A stretch of DNA of 57,639 bases, counting the filler, from Sphacelaria rigidula (taxonomy: Eukaryota), in NCBI GenBank assembly GCA_964200075.2. It is 6 parts of 6 records of this genome, joined end to end, with 100 filler letters (N's around TTAATTAATTAA, not from the genome) between each part and the next. Parts side by side here need not be neighbours in the genome. Positions count along the whole stretch, not along the records: positions 28,873 to 38,395 come from CAXNAA020008300.1; positions 38,496 to 48,017 come from CAXNAA020008301.1; positions 48,118 to 57,639 come from CAXNAA020008302.1; 3 more parts are not named here. One strand, given 5' to 3'. Every line of letters begins with the position of its first letter. The stretch's first letter is position 1. The notes under the pieces are model-generated. The model was not told the DNA's origin. It made no database searches and was given only the letters and a program-made list of their open reading frames with translations. The translations under genes were made by a program, and so were the position numbers. Shown piece by piece: positions 37,953 to 48,246 of the stretch.

Positions 37953-38188
37953 CTGTATGACTTCGCCTGTACCATCTAATCCTGCGTCCTGCAGAGGAGT
38001 GTCGGTGATGGTCCCACTCTGAATGATCGCGCTGGCCACAGAGTTCGCCATTTTCCTCGCGTTAAGGGGCGACACACGCAACACCTCTGGTTTGGAGGCC
38101 AAGTGAGAAACCAACCCCATGAAGCAAGCCATGTCTACCTCCGACGTGGTGTGGTCATCGCCGCTCGTTGGTAATAGGTGGTCTATAC
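37953..38188 (-). CDS. Subtilisin-like S8 protease exon (end of prodomain, start of mature domain)
   Basis: CTAAC branch point, TAG acceptor, GTAAGT donor. ...LASKPEVLRVSPLNARKMANSVASAIIQSGTITDTPLQDAGLDGTGEVIQ splices in frame to VVDTG, giving the GL.G.G..I.V.DTG S8 motif. Confidence 0.88.
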
Positions 38189-38559
38189 CTATTGTTTTTC
38201 GATTCCAAACAAAGCAGCGACGTTAGGGCGCAATGTTGTGAATCGAATTGTGTACGGGAATTATAGTATACCGGACATGGGTGAAGTATGTGTGGTCATC
38301 AGGAGGGGACGAGGTCTGCCCTCCTCCGTTTTGGCATTGATCCAAAACAAAATAGGCGTAGGCGGCAAATTACGACGAGATAGAGAGTTTCTGTGNNNNN
38401 NNNNNNNNNNNNNNNNNNNNNNNNNNNNNNNNNNNNNNNTTAATTAATTAANNNNNNNNNNNNNNNNNNNNNNNNNNNNNNNNNNNNNNNNNNNNCTCGG
38501 TCGCAAGTGTTTCGCGTCTTCCCTGCAAAAGGGAAATGCCACTTCAACCTCATATTTGT

Positions 38560-40399
38560 ATGAACCCCATTTTCTGGATCCACCGTTATGTGCCGAAAGG
38601 CTATGATGCTAGACGGGGGAATATCGAAATATTCCGACATCTTACAAGAAGTTGCACAAGGATGTACGTTATCACCCACTTTGTTCAAGGTATATATACA
38701 TGGCTTGATAATAGCAATAGAAGAAGAAAGGAAGGGGTCAAGGTGGGTGAAGATATGGTGTCAGGATTGATGTTCGCGGATCAATATGTGGGTATTTCAG
38801 AAACACCAGGAGGATTACAGGCACAGATAAACAAGGCGCTAGAATACACTAGGAAATGGAGAGTGACAGCGAACGTCAACAAATGCGCTGTACTCGACGG
38901 TTACGAAGATGAAATACATCCGGTAGAGTTCAGATAGAAGTGGGGAGAAGAGGAATTGCCGATCGTAGACCGGTTTACATAGCTTGGCGTAGAGGTCTCC
39001 AGAAACTGTTTTTGGGATGCACACATAAACAAAGTAATAGAAAAGGGTAAGACATACATATGCAGAATGGACGTGATCCTCAGAGACCCGCACCTAGACA
39101 CTAGGATCACGAGATGTATCCTGATGAACTTGATCGTACCAAAGATGGAATGTGCAGGAGAAATATGGGAGGGGAGCGTGAAGGTGGTGAAGAGGTTGGA
39201 AACAGTACAGATGGCAGCAGCTAAAACAATACCTGGATGCTCGAAAACGACGAGTAATACAGCCTTGAAAGCAGAGTTGGGAATGTACCTACTTGAAACA
39301 GAGACATGAGGAAATTGCGATGGCAATAGACTAATGCCGAGATAGCCCCCCCACAAAAAGTGCACCGGCACCATCCAACGAACCGGCTGCGATCCCACTA
39401 TTGGGCCTGTTTGCAGCAACTTCGCCCACATGAGAGGCGTGTAGTAGTCCGAAATCAGCTATAACGCCCAAGTGAGTCGCGTCGTGCAGCACGAAACCAG
39501 CTTTGACGGCAGTTATGATCATCGCCTCCGTGCACATTTTTGGCCGGTTTTGGGGGGGGGCTACCTCGGCAGCATTCAATATAGCGTCACGAACATGCAG
39601 AGAAAGAGATTGCCAGCTATAGTTGATAAGGCTGTATGGAAGAAATTACGAAAGGGCAGGCTGGAGTAAGGTGGGATAAAGAAGTCGAGGAAGTATGAAA
39701 TGAGATAGGAGGAAACAAAGACAAAACACTGTCCATAGCTGAAGAAGCGGGGTACGAGACAGAAGTAAGAGACATTATAGAAACAAGGGGGAAAGAAAGG
39801 CTCAGACGTAACGTAGACGAGAAAAGAACACCTGGAGATATATGGGTGGTTGAGAGAGGGGATAGGGATGAAAGCATGTTTACATGGCCCAAAGGATGCG
39901 GCGAAAAGTATAAAATTGTGATTTCTTGTGGAGGACCTGGGCCTGCCAGAAAGAAGAAAGAGATGTGTGGCAGTCGTCGAAAAGAGGAGGAAGTAGATGG
40001 ACAAAACTGCCCCTGTGGCAAAGAAATAGAGAGCAGAACTCATATAGTGGCAGAATGTGAACCATACAAGGAGGAAAGGGACATGCTAGAGGAGAAAACG
40101 CGGGACGCGAACGACGGTGGCATGAAATCGTTTGATGCAGTGGACAGTAGGGAGAAAACTCTGGCTATACTAGGAGATAGATAGCGGCCACAGACGGCGA
40201 AACAGGATGGGGATAAGATATGTAAAAATATTTTTCCATGTATGGAAGAAATGTAGTGAGCGCCGGAATGTTGGAGGTGGCTTTATGACGAGTAGGAACG
40301 GTGCTCCGTCTCGAAAGGGATGCGTGGTCAACGGTCAAACAACTGAGACAAGCAGCAAATGAGTACGTCCCCCCCCGCCACCCCCCCCCCCTCTCCCCC
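38560..40399 (+). mobile_element. Decayed LINE: RT domains, C-terminal Cys/His knuckle, poly(C) tail
   Basis: VAQGCTLSPTLFKVYI and GLMFADQYVG (degenerate FADD) RT motifs; CPCGKEIESRTHIVAEC knuckle; TGA at 40360-40362, then a C-rich tail at 40369-40399. Many stops and frameshifts. Confidence 0.92.
39329..39577. mobile_element. 249-bp MITE (GAC ends, 4-bp TSD), copy 1, inside the LINE
   Basis: TIR core TGCCGAGATAGCCCCCCC, TSD AATA (39325-39328, 39578-39581). The uninterrupted site GATGGCAATATAGCGT is seen in the LINE copy at about 18546-18561 (minus). Confidence 0.92.
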
Positions 40400-40654
40400 A
40401 CACTTCCAGGCTCTTGGGTTGGCGTCGAGTGGCAACGGCACTGTAAAACAAGCCACCAAAACCTAGACATGACAAACACGACACGAAATGGATATAGACA
40501 TAATATTACATAGCTGGATTTGTTTTTCTTTTCCTAACTTTACTTCTTCCTTTTTGTCAGTCACTATGTTTCTTTACTTCTTTTTTAGTCCTTTTCTTCT
40601 TCATTTTCCCGTTTGTCTACGTTTCTCCCGTTTCCGGGGGGGCTTTTTATCCGA

Positions 40655-40965
40655 TACCATATAACAGCCCGAACACGGACATGATAAAAAAGCTAACCAT
40701 CCGTTCCCTCTAACCTATCACGACACAGCCCGGACATAGACATGAAATGGAGAAGCTAACCATCCTTTTTCTTCAATCTACCATACCACACACAGTCCGG
40801 ACATATGTATGAAATAGAGAAGCTTAATCTCCTTCTTCTTCAACCTACCATCACACAGCCCGGACATACATATGAAATAACGAAGCAAACCGCCCCTTTT
40901 CTTTAAAACAGCCGATCACCTATGTTGAGGATGATTGGCTGTTTTAACCTGCCATAACACAGCCC
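40655..40965. repeat. Minisatellite of about 62-bp units x5
   Basis: Recurring ACAGCCCGGACATA..CATGAAAT..AGAAGCTAACCATCC.TT..CTTCAACCTACCAT. Confidence 0.85.
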
Positions 40966-41600
40966 AAAAATGAACGTGGAAAGCGAAAAATAACAGATCT
41001 ACTTTCCCATATCAAGTCGGAAAACAACCGGATTCTCCCCCCCAAAATCATATCAAACGTAAGACAAAAAAAAACTAGTAATGTAAGTAATAGTGTGAAG
41101 GTTAACCACCTTACATGCAAATTGAAAATACAAAATACATAACAAGAACGGATAGGCGAGGGTCATCATCACCCCCGAAATGTGAACTCCAAATGGAGGT
41201 TGGGGCCTCATGAAGAAATACCAGTGAAACCTTATCGGTTCCCAGTGGGCGATGAAATTTTGGTCGAACACTTTCTTGAATTTTCCAACATTAGTGCAAA
41301 AGACACCTAATGGAGGGAAGAGGTGGATAATGCATGACATCAACGTCAAGACCTACTAAACACATGAGACAAACACTTTACCAATGACCGACCACATGAC
41401 CTACGAGAAGGAGCACCAAGCGGTACGTACTCTTCTTGAGATCTTGAAGGGAAAAAGCTGGTACAACGTGTGTAGGAATCGTTGGCCAAGTCTTCGGCAG
41501 CGAAGGTCTACTCCGAAGAATCAGTGGAGTAGCGACCCATGGTGGACCGTACACGGAGTGGGAAGAAGTGATGTACGGAACATGACGATGTGGGTAAGAC

Positions 41601-41853
41601 TGTTCCTTGGCTCAGGCATAGGGTAATGGTTTCAGATCTTTTATTGAAGAGCAACCAAGTTATACTACAACTTGGGAGAGTGCTGATGAGATGGAGGTAG
41701 ATGAATGAGAATGATCAAAGGCGGCGGGCTGCTCTGCTGCTCTCAGCGTACTGCACCACATTTGCACACACTTGACTGTCGGTACTTGTACATCACCCAG
41801 ACCCCCGGTTCTACGTAGATCCCGTATAACTGGGTATCTGAATCACTCGAACA
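41601..41853 (-). repeat. 3' LTR (253 bp, TG...CA)
   Basis: About 11 substitutions and 1 indel versus the 5' LTR by eye (about 95% identity). Terminal inverted TGTTC/GAACA. Confidence 0.97.
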
Positions 41854-41863
41854 CTCCCCCTGA
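41854..41863 (-). promoter_or_regulatory. Polypurine tract
   Basis: Minus strand TCAGGGGGAG immediately precedes the 3' LTR. Confidence 0.9.
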
Positions 41864-42156
41864 TCGGATACCTCAGCACTCAAAGCTAAAAACAAAATAA
41901 GGAGGAAACTCGGCCTTCCAAGCAAAAAACTCTATCACACAACTCCACCGCTTGTGCTCAAAACAAACAGCCCTTTTTCGCAGACGCCCAAGCCAGGGCA
42001 CCTGCACTTAACAACGGGAAACGCCCTACAAACCCATGCCCCACAAAGTAGCGTGAGCGGCTTCACCCAATGTAAGCGCAGATGCATTACGGAAACCATG
42101 ACCTGAAACATCTAGAGCTGACAAATCGAAAGACACACACAAAACAAAATATGTGT

Positions 42157-45100
42157 CTACTCGCTGTCCCCAGTGTTCATCAAGACGCGGCGGTGCCTGT
42201 TGAACAGCGTGAATGGGAGCGGCTTTGTAAGCATATCAGCGTGTTGCCACTCCGAATCCACGTGAACAATCCTTACTGCTCCCGTCCTAACCAAGTCCCT
42301 TATAAAATGCCACCTCACGTCGATGTGGTTACTTCGACCTGAGCTGAGAGGGTTGTTGGCTAAAGCCTTAGCCCCCTCGTTGTCTTCATAGAGAACAATA
42401 TCGTACTCTACTTGTCGTCCCAACAAGACCTTCGGTCGTAGGAAAGACAGTACCGACCTGACAAACATGCATTCCTTCGCCCCTTCCGCCATAGCTACGT
42501 ACTCGGCCTTGGTGGTTGACAGGGTAACGCAGTGTTGCGTTCGACTAGTACTTGATACTGCTATTCCCCCGTACATGACCGCTACACCGGAAACTGACCG
42601 CCGGTCTGTATCTTTCTTGGCGTAATCAGCATCACAATAAAGTGTGAGCCTACTCTCCCCTGAACTCAAAGTCAGACCGTAGTTTCTGGGTGTGTTGAGG
42701 TACGCCAGAGCTTTCAACACCCCTCGCCAGTGTCTTTCACGTGAGTCGTGTGATTGTCGGGCCAGGTCTCGGGCTGCATTTGCCATGTCAGGCCTGGTTA
42801 CCCCAGCCAACCACATCAAACCTCCCACGGCACTCCGGTATGGCCTATCTAAAATCTCATCACCTTGCTTCACCGGTCCCAAATCTGCAGACACTGATGC
42901 GGGAATATCAGAAAATTCCGTAACCTCGACACGCTTCAGTATGGTGTCGACACAGGTCGTCTGATTCACGAACATGGTACCTCTTTTCCAATTCCTCTCT
43001 ATGCCACACCCCATATAACACTGGACTTCACCTAAGTTGTTCATCGGGAATCCGTTGTTGAGGATATTACATACCCTCTCCGACTAATGCCGAGATAGCC
43101 CCCGCACAAGAAGTGCACGGGGGATCGTCCGACAAATCGGCTGCGATCCCACTATATTGGGCCCATTTGCAGCAATGCCGCCCACATGAAAGGCTTGTAG
43201 CAGTCCGAAATCAGCTATAACGCCCAAATAAGTCGCGTCGTGGAGCACGAAACCAGCTCTAATGGCATTTATGATCATCGCCTCCGTGCCGGTTTTGGGG
43301 GGGGGCTATCTCGGCAGCAGTGCTCCACTCTTTTGGTTTCTCCCCCAATTAGAATGTCGTCCACATGTACCACAAGTATGACACACACTTTCCCCCTTTC
43401 CTCCAGTCTGTACACACACGGATCAGCCTTACTTCGCGACATTTTTACATCCTCCATCAGTGTTTTGTCCAGGAGGAGGGACCATTGCCTTCCTGCTTGT
43501 TTTACTCCGTATATAGATTTTTCTAGCCTAACCGTGCTACCTGTCGAGGGGTCACACCCTTCTGGGAGCTTCATAAACACGTTCGTGTCCATTTTGGCTC
43601 GTACAAGAGCCTGGGTAACGTCGAAGTGATATAGTGGTCATCGTCTTTGTACTGCCACGGCCATGACCAATTTTATTGATGTCACGGCCTGGGTGGCTGC
43701 AAACGTCTCAAAATAATCCACGGCGAATCTCTGACCAAACCCACGCGCCACTAATCTAGCTTTCGCTTTAGTTACAGTACCATTAGCGTCGATTTTCCAA
43801 GTGAACACCCATTTGGCTATGATTATGTTTTTTACTCCTTTTGGAATTTCTCCTTTAGAGAATGTACCTGCGGTTTCATGACCATTCAGTTCTGCACGCA
43901 TGACACTCACTCATATTTCCTTATATTCCGACTTTTGTATGTCTTCTACTGTTACGGGGGGAGTTTCCACATTTCTCACGTGCAGACCGATGGGGGGACG
44001 CAAACCAAAAGTGGGCTCCTCCTCCGTCTCGCGTTCTGCTGAAAAACAAAAATACTTCTGCTCCGCAAAGGTCTCTTCGATCTGCATGGCCGCGCTGCCT
44101 CCCACCTCTGGTCCGGCTGCTACAGTGATCAGCTCCGTCATCTCGCACTTATCCTCTGCCATTGCATACAGCACAGTCTCCGCTTGAGCTCTCGCCTGAT
44201 TCCTCGCCAGCGCACGAAGGAAAATATTGTTTCTTTCCCACGCCATCATTCTGTCCAGTTCATCCTCTGCCGCCGATGCTAGCTCGTTTTGGTCGGCTGC
44301 CGCTCTCGTCGCACTGCGCGTGCGACCAGCCATTTGTGGAGGCAGAGATAACTCATCGTCGAGAGCAAGATGGCGTAGCTCCGTCCTTGGGATTTCGGGA
44401 GCTCCACCGCCCCCCCCGTCATTGCGCTTGGGGGTGTCTACGGTTGTCAGTGTTGTTTCTGTCGGCGTTGGCGGCGGCGTTGTTTCTGTCGGCGTCGGCG
44501 GCGGCGGTGTTTCTGTCGGCGGCGATGTGGGGGGCGCTGATCCCCCGTCATCAAGGAGATGTCGGACAGGGTTGCGTAAAATCCCGCGCCCTCCCCCCGC
44601 TTCTGCAATGAAGCAGCGAGGTCATCTCACCCCCCCCCGCCCATAGCGGGCGTCTGTTGTGCCGCTTCTGCGTCTAGCTCTGGGTTGGGGAGCAAGAACG
44701 ACACGTGCCGTGAGCCGCGGGGTGAAGCACGCGCCGCCGGAGTTTGCCGTTCCGCGGACTCGCTACCGGCCGTCCCTCCCTCGCTCCGTCGGGCGTCGAG
44801 ATCGCTTGCTGTGGGGTAGGGAGAAGGGTAGGGGCAACATACGCCCATGTTACGTGCCTGGTCGTAATAGTTTGTCCTGTTTCCGTCATCACTCTCATAG
44901 CATCGCGCGGGTATCCTGGGGCTGGTCTAAGGTACCAGCACCTCCGAGCTTTTCGTTGTAACTTGTCTGTTCTCTGTCTGAACTCTACGAATCCTGGCTT
45001 TAGAAAAGGAAGGAGGTCGTTTTCCGGTGGTACTCTGTGCTATATTTCGTGTGGCGTCTTGTTTCCCGGGTTGGCCGAGGTTGCAGTACAGTTCAAAGCA

Positions 45101-47667
45101 TGGCATGCCCAGTTAGCCTGTTCCACCAACAGATTTTTGCTTGTTGGGATGTTCTGGTTCGGGTACATCTCCGATGCCTGAATTTTGGCTGCAAGGCCGG
45201 CCGCCTCTATGATGCCAATTGCACGCTCCGCTACGCCGTTGAACTGTGGGGCGTCAGCAGCTGTTTTCTCTTGTTTTATTTTCTCTCTATCACACAGCTC
45301 CTCGAACGCCCCCTCCGAAAATTGACCTTCACCATCACTGCGGACCTTCTCGATTTTTCGCGGGTGAATCTCTGCGATGTATTTACTAAAGCACTGTACG
45401 GACTCGTCCTTCGTGCGCAAAAAAACAATCTAGTGCACCGCGAGCAATCATCGCGTACTATCATCATGTACGACTTTCCTCCCCGAGATCTAACTGGTTT
45501 TGGGCCTGTGAGATCAACAAACACTCTGGAAGCTGGCTCAAATGCTCGTGTATGGGTCGATCTTTGGATGGGCTGCTGAAGTCCCTTTCCTTCCGAGTAT
45601 CCTCGGCATGGTCTCAACTCGCCACGCAGCTCGACTCCGAGCTGCTTTGCAGTCCGCCGGAGCAGGTCCTCGTGAACATGCGCGTGTTTGCAATGGAAAT
45701 CATTCATGTCTTCAACTTGGGGGTTGGGAAGTTTCCCCGGGAATATCACAGCGCATGCTGACGCATGCTTGTCATGACCATTCGGAAAGATGCGGAGGGC
45801 ATACATAAATAGTTGTCCGTGTTGATCGGGGATCTTCAGGGTTTTGCCTGATTTCAACTCAACCTGGAATCCATCACTAGACCCAATGTAGGTGTGACCC
45901 GCGTTGGACATCCTGGTCAGTGACAACAGATGGTGACGGACACAAGGTGCGTGGTCTACATTTTTCAAATGTAAGACTATATCGCGTCCGTCAGATCGTA
46001 AAGATAGAGCCAGGTTACCTCTTCCTACGATCGGGTAGGTACCACCGCCCGCGCACCGTAGTACCCTTCCACTGCATTTTCTATAGTCCGTCATCATACT
46101 TGAATCCGGAGAAAAATTCCAAGTGGCCCCCGTGTCAAGTATCCACGGTTCGCCCCCATCTGACTGTTCTACATCCCCCTTCCCGGTCGCAAGCGCATAC
46201 TCGTCTGGGTTCACCTCGTTCACCGTCATGTCGAGGCTGGTGAACGCTTCTGCATCAGCATCCGAACAGACGGAGTCATCGTCCACCACGTCTTCCGCCA
46301 CGCCCATCACAATCGCCGCGTCCTCCACAGTGTTCTGACAATCAATCAAACTGTGTCCGCTCTTTCCGCACCTAACACAACGCCTGTCTGGACAGTCTCT
46401 TGCTCGATGTGTGGTCATCTTCTGACAAACATGGCACCTCCACGGCGTCGCAGCCCCTGATTGGCTCGTCGATGATGAAGCCGGCGGCTGGTTGTTCTTG
46501 CCCTGCCCCCCGTCACCTGCGCGACCTAGGTTCTGGGTCTTTCCCAGCTTACCTTTCCGGTGTGAACCGTTTGGTTTGCCGGGATGGCCCTTGACAGCAA
46601 GGGCCTGGTCGCCCGGGGAAGCCTTCTTCCCCTCGGCGAGTTCCTGCTTGAAAAGTGCCGATTCGAAACGTTTTCGAACCGACGTCACTACGACTTCCCT
46701 CGTGAGTGGACCTTCGCGCTCCTCCAACGCCTGTTTTTGGCAGTTATACTCGCAAGGAAGCGCATTGACAAATTTGAGGAGGGTTTGCGCCTCCGTCAGG
46801 ACGATGTTGCTGTCGTGTGATTGTGACTCTCTCGCCACCTCTTCCATCTCGATTAGGTTTTGAACAGGATCATCGCGAAGTCCAATCTTCACGTGATCAT
46901 ACTTTTCTAGAAGAGCTAATCTAGCTCCGCTGGTCTTGGAGCTGTAGAAATCATTTCCCTCACGCCACATGGCTGCTGGAGGCGGAATTCGGAACAAAAC
47001 ATCCCGGTCCCGCTTATGTTCGAGACTTGCCACCAACATTTGCCTCGCTCTCACGTTTGCAGCTACAGTGCCCTTTCCGTGCCTTGCTTCAAGAAAACTC
47101 AAGGATAACGCCTTGTTTCCCACCTCCACATCCTATGTCCTATTTTCTGACATAGTGATAACCCAATCAACTGCTTCACTTCTTGCAAACATGATTAGTT
47201 CATGACTGCAGTGGTTAAACTCTGAACGCTTCCCAGACAACTTGGGTACAGCTGCCTTGAAAACCGGGACCGAACACTGCGACGGACTCACTGGCGGGGT
47301 CTACACCCCTTGCTCCGTCGCTTGCTGTCCTGTGGTAGCTCCCGCTCGGAGCTCCCCGCTCGCCCTCTCGGCTATGTCTTCGGCCTTGAGGTGAGCTTTG
47401 GTTGGCTGCGTTGTCAGCCCGGTGTTGTTGTGTTGTTTGATCTTCCTCGCTTTCGACGACGCCACTCCACCTCGCGCCTCCGGATTCTCGACCTTCGATG
47501 CCATCTACCCTACCCTGCATTACAGTCTGTGCAGATTGTACATCTTTTACCATCCCTGTCAGTGTGCTAAACTGACCACTGAACAGACTCATCATACTTT
47601 CAAGCTGACTCGTGGGCCCGTCTACCATTTCTCCTGAAGACGGAGCGTTACCATCGTTCCTAGCCAC
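42157..47667 (-). pseudogene. Disrupted copia gag-pol
   Basis: Two zinc knuckles (CHVCQKMTTHRARDC, CVRCGKSGHSLIDC); protease WILDTGAT; integrase VFVDLTGP, VRSDG, PQFNGVAER; RT KWVFTWK, KARLVARGF, VHVDD; RNase H YCDADYA, YEDNEGA, HIDVRWHFIR, ADMLTKPL. Broken by several stops and frameshifts and by a MITE. Confidence 0.97.
43082..43322. mobile_element. 241-bp MITE (GAC ends, 4-bp TSD), copy 2, inside the copia RT
   Basis: Homologous to 39329-39577. TSD CTCC (43078-43081, 43323-43326). Confidence 0.92.
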
Positions 47668-47692
47668 ACTTGCCCAATCGATTGATCATTAA

Positions 47693-47948
47693 TGTATTCC
47701 TTGGCTCAGGCTCAGGGTAATGGTTTCAGATCTTTTATTGAAGAGCACCCAAGTTCTACTACAACTTGGGAGAGTGCTGATGAGATGGAGGTAGATGAAT
47801 GAGAATGATCAAAGGCGGCGGGCTGCTTTGCTGCTCTCAGCCGTACTGCACCACATTTGCACACACTTGACTGTCGGTACTCGTACATCACCCCGACCCC
47901 CGGTTCTACGTAGATCCAGCATTACTGGGTATCTGAATCACTCGAACA
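47693..47948 (-). repeat. 5' LTR
   Basis: Copy of 41601-41853. The inner boundary is 47693 (ends CA) or 47695 (ends TA). AATAAA on the minus strand at 47734-47739. Confidence 0.96.
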
Positions 47949-47951
47949 AAG

Positions 47952-48017
47952 GAGTCATCCTACGATAGCAGGGGGGGTATTTTGGGCCATTTGTCGCTCG
48001 AAATTTCGAGTCAGATC
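47952..48017. mobile_element. Left end of a GAGTCAT-family MITE (cut by contig end)
   Basis: GAGTCATCCTACGATAGCAGGGGGGGTATTTTGGG matches the terminus at 34757-34791. Confidence 0.8.
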
Positions 48018-48163
48018 NNNNNNNNNNNNNNNNNNNNNNNNNNNNNNNNNNNNNNNNNNNNTTAATTAATTAANNNNNNNNNNNNNNNNNNNNNNNNNNN
48101 NNNNNNNNNNNNNNNNNTTGTCCATGCTGCATCTGCTGCTTCTGTTTTTATTATCATTGCTGC

Positions 48164-48165
48164 CG

Positions 48166-48245
<80 letters not shown>

Positions 48246-48246
48246 G
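48164..48246. repeat. (GTT)n / (AAC)n microsatellite
   Basis: Direct reading, about 27 units. Confidence 0.97.

Larger units (their letters stand above)
41601..47948 (-). mobile_element. Full-length decayed Ty1/copia LTR retrotransposon
   Basis: Paired LTRs, polypurine tract and gag-PR-IN-RT-RNaseH domain order. Confidence 0.98.
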
